A stretch of 64,000 bases of DNA, from NCBI GenBank assembly GCA_030390025.1, contig CM059427.1, positions 179,180,001 through 179,244,000 on the forward strand. Reading direction: 5' to 3'. The position numbers were made by a program, and so were the translations under genes. The notes beneath the pieces are model-generated. The model had not been told where the DNA came from and did no database searches. It saw only the letters and a program-made list of their open reading frames with translations. Positions 51,336-64,000 of the stretch are shown here, in pieces. Position 1 is the stretch's first letter. Every line of letters begins with the position of its first letter. This stretch comes from Squalus acanthias. Taxonomy: Eukaryota.

Positions 51336-51950
51336 TTTCAATGGTAACTCAAACAAACAGTAATGCACAATAAAATGTAAAAAAAAAATGAAATTCAAAC
51401 ATAAGCTCATTCACTCTAACTGTAACTCAATTTCTTTGCCAGACCCTTGGTACTCAGTGGGAAGAGACTTGATTGTTGAGGGGAAGATCTTTTGGACATC
51501 CATAATATTAAAACAATAAATAAAAACAGGGCAAACCGTCTTATGGAACAACATTAACACTGAGCATGCCCAGCTAAATGTGATCTTGGAGCATTCTTTT
51601 AAATTAATATAAGTGTCTGAGTGCAAAGTAGACACAATTATTTGGCATCAGAGCAAAGGAATGTTCCAAAAGCGTTGCTGGAAGGCTGAGATAGATGAAT
51701 TCTTAATATGATAAATCAATGCATGGAGAAATATAGAAATGCAAATTAACCCTTTCATACTGGCAACATTGGCTTCCATTGACCAAATTACTTGGGTTGA
51801 AGTAATTTTTATACAAGTGATTTCCCATGAGATTCAAATGTGCTCTTTGTGAGATTGGCCTTGACCTCAAACTGACAATCCTGTTACTTTTCAGCCATGT
51901 ATACAACACAGATGGCATCATCCATTATCTCTTTCAGCATAAATGACATA

Positions 51951-52484
51951 GGGCCGGATTTTGCTCTCAGTGGTGAATGAACAGCGCCAGCCGTGCATTA
52001 CACTTGGACTTGCCCATAGACTTTCTATGGGCTTTTGCACTGGAACTTGCTGTGATTCGAAAGCCATTTCAGTGCACCACCCTCGACAGGGGATCTGGGA
52101 CCTGTGTGAAAAGGGCAAGCAACTGTGTATTTCCTTAACACATCAGATTGAAGAATTGTTACTGATAAGTTAAGACAATTCACGGCATTAAAAATGTACT
52201 TACATTGGAATGGACAAGCCCTAACATTTTCTGGCAAGTTTAGTGGGTATCTATCAAGTAAGCACCGCAACTTCACACCCTTCTATATATTTCAATGCCG
52301 AGTCTTTCAGCGAGATACCAGTATAGCGCAGCTTCTGGAGGAGCAGGGCAACTCAGACAGCAACGTCCTGATTTCCACGTTTAACTGCGCATGTGTGGTC
52401 GCCGGATATTACTGTTTGATTTTCGCTTTAATAACGGTGAGCACTGATAGCCTTCACTGTTATTTCTACCGCAAAATCTGGGCC
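51951..52484. mobile_element. Harbinger-type MITE (family of 10140)
   Basis: GGGCCGGATTTTGC / GCAAAATCTGGGCC, ATA TSD. Confidence 0.85.
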
Positions 52485-53075
52485 ATAATTTATTATTAGC
52501 TTTTAGTGTCTGCAGCAGCAACATGGGGTAAAAAAAAATGCACATTGCTAAAAATATACAAGCTGCAAAAACTTTTATGATTAGAATTTTTTACCCAGGG
52601 TCATGTTGCCAACTATTTTCTGCTTTTGATTTTTTGGGGGAGGGGGAAGGGAAGCGTGCGTGCTTTCTTTGCTTTCGTGCTGTTCTCAGCTGCTGGGGAT
52701 AAGGAGAGTTCTATAGTTGTACTGCTTAATGCATCTTTCAAGCTCCATGGACCTCCATGGACTGACAGACTTCTCTCCCAGTTTTTTCCTCTGCTTCACT
52801 CTCTCTAAAAGGTTGCTCCCTCAGTAGAAGTTAACAGTGCTTTCTATAATCAATATTAACATCTATATCCATCTATTTTACAACATATTTTATTTATATC
52901 ATTGGGTGAATAATAAAGAAAAACTTGCATTTAAATAGCACCTCATCATGTCTCTCAAACATCTCTCAGTTTACATTGAATTACTTTGAAAGACATTTAC
53001 TGTTATGTGGGCAAATGCAGCACCCATTTTGTGCACAGTGCGATCCCACAAATAAAATAAGATCAATAACCAGTT

Positions 53076-54638
53076 CTCTCGGATCCAACCCGAACATTGT
53101 CATGAAACCTGCTGACAAGGGTGGCACTGTTGTTGTTTGGCGAACCGACCTCTACCTTGTGGAGGCTGAACGCCAACTCTCTGACACCTCCTCCTATCTC
53201 CCCCTGGACCATGACCCGACTACTGAACATTAAGCCGTCGTTTCCAAGACTGTCACTGACCTCATCTCCTCTGGATATCTTCCCTCCACGGCCGCCAACC
53301 TCATAGTTCCCCACCCCGCACAGCCCGCTTCTACCTCCTTCCCAACATCCACAAACAGGACTGCCCTGGTAGACCCATCGTTTCAGCCTGTTCTTGCCCC
53401 ACGGAACTGATTTCTTCCTATTTCAACTCTATTTTTTCTCTCCTTGTCCAGTCTCTCCCACCAACATCCGCGACTCTTCCGATACCGTCCGCCACTTTAA
53501 CAGTTTCCAGTTTCCTGGCCCCAACCATCTCCTTTTCACTATGGACGTCCAATCCCTCTACACCTCCATCCTCCAACCAGGATGGCCTGAGGGCGCTCCG
53601 CTTCTTCCTTGAAGAGAGGCCCAACCAGTCCCCATCCACCACCACCCTCCTCCGCCTGGCTGAACTTGTTCTCACATTGAACAACTTTTCCTTGACTCCA
53701 CTCACTTCCTCCAAATTAAAGGTGTTGCTATGGGAACCCGCATGGCTCCTAGCTATGCCTGCCTTTTTGTGGGATATGTGCAACATTCCTTGTTCCAGTC
53801 CTACTCCGGTCCCCTCCCTCACCTCTTTTTCTGGTACATTGATGACTGTATCGGTGTCGTTTCCTGCTCTCGCCCTGAACTAGAAAATTTAATTCACTTT
53901 GCTTCCAATTTCTACTCTTCCCTCACCTTCACATGGTCCATCTCCGACTCTTCCCTTCCCTTCCTTGACTTCTCTGTCTCCACCTCTGGGGATAGGCTAT
54001 CAACAAACATCCACTACAAGCCCACTGACTCCCACAGCTACCTGGACTACACTTCCTCCTACCCACTTCCTGTAAGGACTTTATTCTATTCTACCAGTTT
54101 CTCCGTCGCATCTGTTTTGATGATGCCACCTTCCATACTAGTGCTTCCGACATGTCTTCCTTTTTCCTCAACCGGGGATTCCCTTCTATCATGGTTGACA
54201 TGGCTCTCGACCATATCCGTTCTACTTCTTGCACTTCTGCTCTCACCCCTTCCCCTCCCTCCCAGAACCACAATAGGGTTCCCCCTTGTCCTCACCTTTC
54301 ACCCCACCAGCCTCCACATTCAACAGATCATCCTCCGCCAGCGTGATCCCACCACCAAACACATCTTCCCCTTCCCTCCCCTTTCAGCATTCCGAAGGGA
54401 CTGCTCCCTCTGCGACACCCTGGTCCACTCCTCAGTCACCCCCTCCCCTTCCCACGGCACCTTCCCGTGCAAGCGCAAATCTGTTACATCTCTAACTTTT
54501 TCCAGTTCTGACGAAAGGTCAGTGACCTGAAACGTTAACTCTGTTTCTCTCTCCACAGATGCTGCCTGACCTGCTGAGTATTTCCAGCATTTTCTGATTT
54601 TATTTCAGATTTCCAGCATCTGCAGTATTTTGGTTTTG
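53076..54638 (+). mobile_element. Penelope-like element: decayed RT, GIY-YIG deleted, pLTR; inserted in a minus-strand SINE
   Basis: KPADKGG, FTMDVQSLYTSI, MGTRMAPSYA, YIDD, LPFLD, YKPTDSHSYL; TSD AACCAGTT (53068-75, 54639-46); SINE halves about 52920-53067 and 54647-54830. Confidence 0.92.
54504..54540 (+). ncRNA. Minimal type I hammerhead ribozyme motif (family A), intact core
   Basis: AGUU CUGACGA A AGGUC AGU GACCU GAAA CG UU AACU. Confidence 0.8.
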
Positions 54639-55093
54639 AACCAGTTAATTGGTCTTTGGTGATGCACATTGAGGAAGGAATGCTGGCCCGGTCACTGGAA
54701 GATCTCCTTGTTGTTCTTTGAATAGTGCCACGGGATCTTGAGCATCCAATGAAACCACTGTACATCTCATGGGAAGGAAGGCAATTCTGACAATGCAGCA
54801 CCCCTTCAGTGCTGCTCTAGTGTCCTGTAGTAGGACTTTGCATGCTAATCAACAGGAAGCTTATAAATGCTAGGGAATGGAACACTAATCCCAAATATCA
54901 GCGGTTAGATACAGGATAAAGCCCATTCTAATCTGCTAAAACAATACATTTTAATCCTTTGGACACCATCCACACCTTTGATTGCCGTGATTATCTCTCT
55001 GCCGAGGTGTGATAAAGGGCAGTTAGAAAGATTAACTGTAATCATCTGGCAGTGTTCTCTGACTATATATGCTGTGCCTATATGCATCTCTTC

Positions 55094-55221
55094 ACTTCAC
55101 CGGACAAAGGAGCAGCGCTCCGAAAGCTTGTGATTTCAAATAAAGCTGTTGGACTACAACCTGGTGTTGTGCGACTTCTCACATTTGTCCACCCCAGTCC
55201 AACACCGGCATCTCCACATCA
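55094..55221 (+). mobile_element. Solo family B hammerhead unit, core mutated to CGGACAA
   Basis: Colinear with 39625-39752 end to end. Confidence 0.88.
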
Positions 55222-56351
55222 TTTTAATTCTAATCTCAGATGATCCCCACTACAAAGTCACATGGCCCGTGTGACTGCTAATTTACTACAATTTGTGCCA
55301 GATTACAAGCACATTTGTACAGTGGACCTGTGCCTATGAGGAAGTGCAGGGGCGAAACTTCCTCAAAACTAATTTCACTTTGTATCTTTTCATCTGTCTG
55401 GAATTCCAGAACTGGGAGATGAAAAGCCAATGTTCTTACTCTTGATACCATCCAGATCCCTGGTGGTTTTAATTCAGATATACAGGCCAATAGTTCAGAT
55501 AAAAAAAAGGCCACTGCAGCCAGATGGTGCAATACAGCAAGAGGATTTTCCAGGTTGTACAGCGCCATCTGAAATAAAGGCAAGCGACAGGCCACAGAAA
55601 TATAATGGGTCAGCACAAATCTGTGATTATAATCTCCATTAAGACAAAAATGGAAACATAAAGATGGAAAATTTAAAAAAAGGAATTTTTATTGTATGAT
55701 CTGTATCTACAAAAGTGATTCTTCGTTACCAGGTTAAAATATTGAAAGTAGAACAGTCCTGATGAGAATTGGTGAAAATTCCCCATAGACAGGGAAACAG
55801 AATTCAATGATATTTGATGCTGGTGTCCTCTGCAATCTCTTACCATTCAAGGGAAGTGCCTTTCTGTTTCTTTGACCTGGATTAGGGAACATAATTTGCC
55901 AACTTCCATGGAAATCTCTTACACACCGACCCTACTTATGTCTAATGTTTGTAGCATTCATTTTCTAGACAAAGAGGTTGGATTCCACCAAGACCTCTCA
56001 CTGGTGGGCCAAGCTTCACCAATGTTGAGAACATGCAAAACCAGTTGGAACTCAGTGCGATTCAAATCCATAACATTTCAGCTACACCCAAGTACTCTAC
56101 CAGTGGAATAATTCCAGCTAATTTTACAGGGTTATTTTAAAATTTATATTCATGCGCAATATCATTTTCTCAGTCTAAAAATATTAATAGGGCCATTTAC
56201 AGAAACAGTGACATTTATTACATGACAAAAATTGTTGAATTCCTAGTGATATGGTTAAATGAGATGTGGCTAATTTAAATACAAAATGATCATTTTCAAG
56301 TGTAATCGTATAAAAATCATCTGCAATAACCCGAATTTTTGTTGATTAATA

Positions 56352-56530
56352 TACTGTCCTTTCACTTGTGCAATTTGGTTCAAATCCAGCCCAGACTGAA
56401 AGGGTGAAAGTCTCCTCTCTTTGCTAGTTGCAACAGTCCAAATAGTAATTAGCTTGGCCAATCTCAAAAAGTTCCAAGTGTGTCCCACAGCACAAAGTTG
56501 CACATTACTTGGCACTAAATGACACAAAAC
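56352..56530 (+). mobile_element. LF-SINE-like ancient SINE relic
   Basis: cctttcac..ggttcaaatccagcccag..ttggcactaaatgacac resembles the LF-SINE consensus as I recall it. Confidence 0.45.
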
Positions 56531-56804
56531 TGTCAGCACCAGTCACTGGGCTTATAAAGATAGTGGGTGTGGCAAATTGAAATGCTACATTGATGTTCTT
56601 CTGAGATTCGGGTTAAAGTACATGATTCGGGGCAGCATGGGGTGGGGGGCTTTATACTACATCTAAACCCCTGCTGCACCTGACTGGCGAGGCCTTGTGG
56701 AAATTATATTCCTTGAATTAATATTCCTCACTTTGATGGGCACAAAAACAATGATATTTCCTTCACGTGACATAAGGTCCCATCGACTTAAATATAGTGT
56801 ACAT

Positions 56805-59510
56805 ATGGCAGGACAGACCCACCAGGGGTGGTGGCACAGTGGTATACAGTCGGGAAGGAGTGGCCCTGGGAGTTCTCAACATTGACTCCGGAATCCATGA
56901 AGTTTCATGGCTTCAGGTCAAGCATGGGCAAGGAAACCTCCTGCTGATTACCACCTACTGCCCTCCCTCAGCTGATGAATCATCACTCCTCCATGTTGAA
57001 CACCACTTGGAAGAAGCACTGAGAGTAGCAAGGGCACAGAATGTACTCTGTGTGGGGCACGTCAATGTTCATCACCAAGAGTGGCTTGGTAGCACCACTA
57101 CTGACTGAGCTGGCTGAGTCCTGAAGGACATAGCTGCCAGACTGGGCCTGCGACTGATGGTGAGAGAACCAACACGAGGGAAAAACCTACTTGACCTCGT
57201 CCTCACCAATCTACCTGTCGCAGATGCATCTGTCCATGACAGTATTGGTAGCAGTGACCACTGCAGTCATTGTGGAGACAAAGTCCTGTCTTCACACTGA
57301 GGGCACCCTCCATCATATTGTGTGGCACTACCACCGTGCTAAATGGGATAGATTCAGAACAGATCTAGCAGCTCAAAACTGGGCATCCATGAGACGCTGT
57401 GGGCCATCAGCAGCAGTAGAATTGTATTCCACCACAATGTGTAACCTCATGGCCCAGCTTATCCCTCACTCTACCATTACTATCAAGCCAGGGGACCAAC
57501 CCTGGTTCAATAAGGAGTGTAGAAGAGCATGCCAGGAAAAGCACCAGGAGTACCTAAAAATGAGGTGCCAACCTAGGGAAGCTGCAACACAGGACTACAT
57601 GCATGCTAAAAAGCAGAAGCAGCATGCTATAGACAGGGCTAAGTGATCCCACAATCAACGGATCAGATCAAAGCTCTGCAGTCCTGCCACATCCAGTTGT
57701 GAATGGTGGTGGACCAATGGGAGGAGGAGGCTCCATGAATATCCCCATCCTCAATGATGGTGGAGCCCAGCACGTGAGTGCAAAAGACAAGGCTGATGCG
57801 TTTGCAACCATCTTCAGCCAGAAGTGCCGAGTCGATGACCCATAATCGGCCTCCTCCTGAGGTCCCCACCGTCACAGAAGCCAGTCTTCAGCCAATTCGA
57901 TTCACTCCCACATGATATCAAAGAATGGCTCAGCGCACTGGATACAGCAAAGGCTATGGGCCTCAACAACAACCCGGCTGTAGTGCTGAAGACTTGCGCT
58001 CCAGAACTAGCCGCGCCTCCAGCCAAGCTGTTCCAGTACAGCTACAACACTGGCATCTACCCAACAATGTGGAAAACTGCCCAGGTATGTCCTGTCCACA
58101 AAAAGCAGGACAAATCCAATCCGGCCAATTACTGCCCCATCAATCTACTCTCAATCATCAGCAAAGTGATGGAAGGTGTTGTCAACAGTGCTATCAAGTG
58201 GCACTTACTCACCAATGACCTGCTCACTGATGCCCAGTTTGGGTTCCGCCAGGACCACTTGGCTCCAGACCTCTTTACAGCCTTGGTCCAAACATGGACA
58301 AAGGAGCTGAATTCCAGAGGTGAGGTGAGAGAGACTGCCCTTGACATCAAGGCAGCATATGACCGAGTGTGGCATCAAGGAGCCCTAGTAAAACTGAAGT
58401 CAATGGGAATCGGGGGGGGGGGGGCGGAAACTCTCCAATGGCTGGAGTCATACCAAGCACAAAGGAAGATGGTTGTGGTGGTTGGAGGTCAATCCTATCA
58501 GCCCCAGGACATCGCTGCAGGAGTTCCTCAGGACATTGTCCGAGGCCCAACCATCTTTAGCTGCTTTATCAATGACCTTCCCTCCAACATAAGGTCAGAA
58601 ATGGGGATGTTCGCTGATGACTACACAGTGTTGAGTGCCATTGCAACTTCTCAGATAATGAAGCAGTCCATGCCCACATGCAACAAGACCTGGACGACAT
58701 TCAGGCTTGGGTTGATAAGTGGCAGTTAACATTCACGCCAGGCAATGACTATCTCCAACAAGCGAGAGTCTAACCACCACCCATTGACAATCAACGGCAT
58801 TACCATTGCCGAATCCCCCACCATCAACATCCTGGGGGGTCACCATTGACCAGAAATGTAACTGGACCAGCCACATAAATACTGTGGCAACAAGAGCAGG
58901 TGAGAGGCTAGGTATTCTGCGGCGAGTGTCTCACCTCCTGACTCCCCAAAGCCTTTCCACCATCTACAAGGCACAATACAGGAGTGTGATGGAATACTCT
59001 CCACTTGCCTGGATGAGTGCAGCTCCAACAACACTCAAGAAGCTCGACACCATCCAGGACAAAGCAGCCCGCTTGATTGGCACCCCATCCACCACCTTAA
59101 GCATTCACTCCCTCCACCACTGGCGCATTGTGGCTGCTGTGTGTACCATCTACAAGATGCACTGCAGCAACTCACCAAGGTATCTTCGACAGCACCTCCC
59201 AAACCCGCGACCTCTACTACCGAGAAGGACAAGGGCAGCAGACGCATTGGAATGCCATAATTTCTAAACTTCTAAGTTCCCCTCCAAGTCAAATACCATC
59301 CTGACTTGGAATTATAATCGCCATTCCTTCATCGTCGCTGGGTCAAAATCCTGGAACTCCCTCCCTAACAGCACTGTGGGAGTACCTTCACCACATGGAC
59401 TGCAGCGGGTCAAGAAGGCAGCTCCCCACCACCTTCTCAAGGGCAATTAGGGATGGGCAATAAATGCTGGCCTTGCCAGTGACACCCACATCGCGCAAAC
59501 GAATAAACAA
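56805..59510 (+). mobile_element. LINE family B (CR1-group/jockey-like): ORF2 endonuclease + RT with stops and frameshifts, 3' UTR
   Basis: QDRPTRGGG, TTYCPP, PWFNKEC, LDIKAAYDRVWH, GVPQ, FINDLP, FADD; tail gggcaataaatgctggcc. Confidence 0.93.
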
Positions 59511-60676
59511 ACCAAAGATTATATTAACATAAATATAGTGTACAAAATAAACAATATAAAAGGTTATCCTGCAAAGAACAAGGTCATATGTGAATCATAA
59601 AGGTTTTTCTCCTTGATTGGAGGAATCTGGGTATCATGCTGTTCCCAGTTGTATATTTTCTTTGTTTCACAGGCTTTGGAGAAATTATGATTTGAATAAA
59701 ATATGTAAGATTTTTTCCATTATAATATTGATTTCAGTCAAACAGAGTGCATTAAAACCGACCCATAATCTTGTATAGATACCTTTTGTCTCTCTCCAGA
59801 TGTGACTACCATCTTGAAAATACTCTATATACAGATGCAATAGACTATTTCAGACTAAAATACAACTTTCGGAGTGAGTCGCGGAGCTGGTGTGAATATT
59901 TAATTTCATCAGTCCAGACAGAGTCACAACATCACAAATCTGTTGTCAAATTCTCCATTGCCTTCCATGCAAAACAATGGCTTCCTCAATTCCCTATGGC
60001 CATTAGTAACTATGGTGCTATGGGTGGAAAATGCCTGAATACAGCAGATTTGTGGCAATAGCTGGTGGGAGAGAAGTACTGTATACTCTGGTGTATAATT
60101 GCACCTTTGTGCAGGTTTTTACCTCAGCTGAATAACTGAGATTGTAACTTCTGCACTGGTAATGATTCATCTTTAGCTCGACAGCCAACTAGTGCAAACT
60201 CGTGTACACCACTGTGCCCATTATGCTGACGTGATGTTTCCAGACACGCTGCTGTGCTTTGTACTAATATTTTTGTTTCTAATTTGATATAGAGTTTAGA
60301 AAAACATCTCGTAGCTCTGTATATTAGACGCACAAAACAGTCTCAAGAAGAGATAGAAAAAAATTGCCTCATGGGATCTTTACAGAACTTAATACAAGAT
60401 TTATAAAGAAGGGGCTTTTATACAGTCAGTGTTGTGATAGATCCCATCAAGGGATCCAAATGTATTACTGTCAACGGCAGTGTTGATACGTGAAGAGAGA
60501 CATGGTGATGCCATTAAGTTCTCGAGCAAACACAGCTTTTAAAGATGTCAGTATCAAACTATATTAATAATCTAGTCCGTTTTGTTAAAAAAAAATCCGT
60601 TTCACTCAGTTCTCTTTCTTACACGCTAAAAACAAATTATTAAAGTGTCACTGTTCTGCACACACAGCCCTTAAAC

Positions 60677-61062
60677 CGGCGTACTGTGGCTGTAGTGTGT
60701 ACCATCTACAAGATGCACTGCAGCAACTCGCCAAGGCTTCTTCGGCAGCATCTCCCAAACCCACGACCTCTTCCACCTAGAAGGACAAGGGCAGCAGGCG
60801 CAGGGCAACACCACCACCTCCAAGTTCCCCTCCAAGTCACACACCATCCTGACTTAGAAGTATATCGCTGTTCCTTCATTGTCACTGGGTCAAAATCCTG
60901 GAACTCCCTCCCTAACAGCACTGTGGGAGTACCTTCACCACACAGACTGCAGCGGTTCAAGAAGGCGGCTCACCACCACCTTCTCAAGGGCAACTAGGGA
61001 TGGGCAATAAATGCTGGCCTTGCCAGCGACGCCCACATCCCATAAGCGAATAATAAAAAAAC
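60677..61062 (+). mobile_element. LINE family B 3' fragment
   Basis: Matches about 59120-59505. Confidence 0.92.
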
Positions 61063-61143
61063 AGGAAAGCAATCTGTTTTGAGGCAATTCACATACATTT
61101 GGCCCAACCCTGATTTTAAGCCAAACACTGATTAAACAGAAAT

Positions 61144-61352
61144 AAAAACAGAAAAGGCTGGAAATACTCAGCAGGTCAGGCAGCATCTGTGGAGAGAGAA
61201 ACAGAGTTAACGTTTCAGGTCAATGACCTTCCATCGGCCATTGACCTGAAACATTAACTCTGTTTCTCTCTCCACAGATGCTGCCTGACCTGCTGAGTAT
61301 TTCCAGCATTTTCTGTTTTTATTTCAGATTTCCAGCAGTATTTTGCTTTTGT
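61144..61352. mobile_element. Inverted pair of family A pLTRs
   Basis: Arms about 61141-61222 and 61243-61324 are reverse complements; 17-bp TSD ACTGATT(A/G)AACAGAAAT (61127-43, 61353-69). Confidence 0.88.
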
Positions 61353-64000
61353 ACTGATTGAACAGAAATGGAAGAAAATAAACACTGTTTACGAAAGGAC
61401 TTTCTCACACTTGTACCATAAGGACATGGGCTTCCAGTCAGACCGTTAATAATCAGTACTATCACATGCAAATGTATATCACTTCTGAATAGAGTTGACT
61501 GGTTTGTTATCCTTTCCCCAGTAGTTTCTGAATATAAACATTGCCTGTGAACACAAGGAGAATATCTTGAGCCCACGTGATATCATCCCAGATGGTCAGG
61601 ACCGTGATATCTGGAACGGTTTGGAATGATGGGCGCGTGGATGGAAGGGGAAAGAAGAGAAGCGAGAACCAGCCACTTTTTTTCTACTGGAGTATGTGTT
61701 AACTTTCTGATGGCGTTGGCTTCTTTCTGGAAAATGGTTTTCGAGGTGCTCGTTACTCTCTTGTATCTCTGCCAAGTGGCAATTCTTGAGCACTGGCAGA
61801 TCACTCAACCACCGTAACCAAGCTAGATCCTGTCCTCACCCGGTACCCACACGTGCGCGTCCAGCGTTGGTTTTCTCCAGCCTGCTGAAAAATCAGACTT
61901 TTCCTGTCTGATTTTAAAACAGGCTTTCTGATTGAAAACCAGATTTTTGGTCCCCTGCTGCAGACTGCAGAAGGCAGCTCTCAGTGGGGCTGGATGGCTG
62001 AAGGCCACAACAGAGGGCCACAGTTAACTCACAGACTGGATGGTGAGTACTCCTGGATTAAAGAGAGGCATTTCAACCCAGGGTGAAATCAATTGTAAAT
62101 ACTCAGCCTCCGAGAAAGACCAGGAGAAGAAGAAAAAAAAGTGTTTGGATTCCTTTGATTGTACAAGAGAAGTAAAGAGGAAAAAAGACAAACATCACAC
62201 AATGTAGTTGGCCACCTGAATTACACAACAATAATAAACTGAAGGCAGACAACCACTGTCAAATCAAAAGGATTATTTTGCACTGGAAGGAGAACCGATG
62301 GGCTTTGTAGATGAAACACTCAGACCAAGAATAAGCCAAGGAGTCATCAAAAGAAATTATTGGACTTTTTGTTATCCAATTCCTTAGATCCATGACCTTT
62401 GAAAAGATTACATCAAGGTTTGTGGAAAATATATATATATATATATATATATCAATAAAATAAATTGAAGTCTGGTTAGACAAGATTGCTTCAGGTAGGA
62501 TGTGCTGGGGTAGTGTCCATTGTGCAGGGTGAAAGTTTGCTCAGCTTCAGAGATTAGTTCATGTGACAGGACGAGAGTAATTTAGGAGTGAAACATCTAA
62601 CCGGCAGATGAAAGTGAACATTCTTTGATGGTTATGAGACAAACTGAATGGATCTCCACAGTCAAGCCACTCAGTAGGCCGACCCTGTTACGAGATTACA
62701 GCAAGGCTTCAGAAAGAGGGAAAAAATGATTTAAAACCTGCTCATCGAGATTACTTCAGAAAAGGATTCCTCTTCCATTTCCTCAGCACTCTTGTCCTTC
62801 AAAACACCGTTGGGAGGACTGAAACTGGACAGATAGACAGATAAGGTGGTCGAGATAAATGCACTAGATAAATAGATTCATGAAGCTGTCTGCATGCTGT
62901 CACATCTAATTGCGTTGTGCATTTTTCATAACTTCAGCAATCACATTATCATGTCTTCGTTACGTGAATGTCTGTGTGGAAATTCACAAAGTCATTATTG
63001 AGACCTCCCAGTCTTCAGCTGCTGCAACACGATCATGTGCAGCAGAAACATCCTTTCCATACATGGGGGGCAAGACAGCCCAAACAGCTGCAACACCTGG
63101 GACAAGTTCGTCCAAAAGTCAGCCTGCAAATTGCTGAAGCATTTGGGTTTTTAACAAGGCAGTTCAGGAGCTTTGCTTATTAACCTTTTGGCAATTTTGC
63201 ATCTAGGATGTAAAATCCAACAGGATTATGCAGGAGCTAATTGATACCTGAGATTACAAGGATGTTGGACGGCTATCAGCATATTACACGGCAGTAATCC
63301 AAGATAAGGGTTTAGATGACATTATAAACCGTGAGAGAGAAGTTGGGTTGGTTTGCTCTTTAGCTGGAACTCTTTTGACCCGATTTCTCTCTAATGCATT
63401 GATAGGCATCCAGTATTATTTATAATGAATGGAGGCTGGTGATTTTTTTTAAATAAAAATACCTGTCAATTCTACTTCCAGTGGTAATAGATTTCATGTT
63501 CCTTTGATGATGGCAGGCAGTACTTCACAAAATATTATGTCGTTTTCCAAGTTCAATGATACAAAAACTCATTGTCCTTTATATAAGGCAATACTGCAAT
63601 ATAATCAAGAGATTCAGATGATGTCCAAAACAACAAGATTTAAGCTCAGGTGATTCTAAGAGTCATCTGAACATCAAGATTAAGTAGCATTTTACAATTG
63701 CTCCATTACCTTGTATTATAATATCCAGTTTTAATTTCACATGGGTGCTCTTGCTAAACTTTGACTCTGTTTTTCGCAGGAGCAGACAATGTGGACACCG
63801 ACTGCCGATTTGTTCTGTGTCATTAATGCATGGTAATGCTTGCGATTCAGAATTAAATGACTGCGATTTCACTGAAGTGTGTTTTTCTCCTCCCTTTCCC
63901 CCCGCCACTGCACCCCCTCCCCCCCATCTTTCTCTCCTCCTCCTGTTGGCGGTGACTTATAACAGATTATGGCTCGAGAGACCGTCGTAACTCACGTTCA

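Overview
Repeat-dense vertebrate genomic DNA. The repeat families recall a cartilaginous fish (recognition from memory, not a search). I can support no host protein-coding gene, so the window looks intronic or intergenic. Contents: (1) an intact PIF/Harbinger (HARBI1-type) transposase ORF with one element end at 1872, an internally deleted Harbinger carrying a Myb/SANT relic, and many GG(G)-TIR MITEs with 3-bp TSDs; (2) CR1 LINEs, a second LINE family and L2 relics; (3) two Penelope-like element (PLE) fragments and several short insertions of about 130 nt carrying minimal hammerhead ribozyme motifs from two families, some as inverted pairs with long TSDs; (4) tRNA-derived SINEs, a hAT-type MITE and tandem repeats. 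Several multi-level nested insertions can be resolved. Most short ORFs in the track are noise or antisense shadows. Boundaries without a quoted TSD are approximate.
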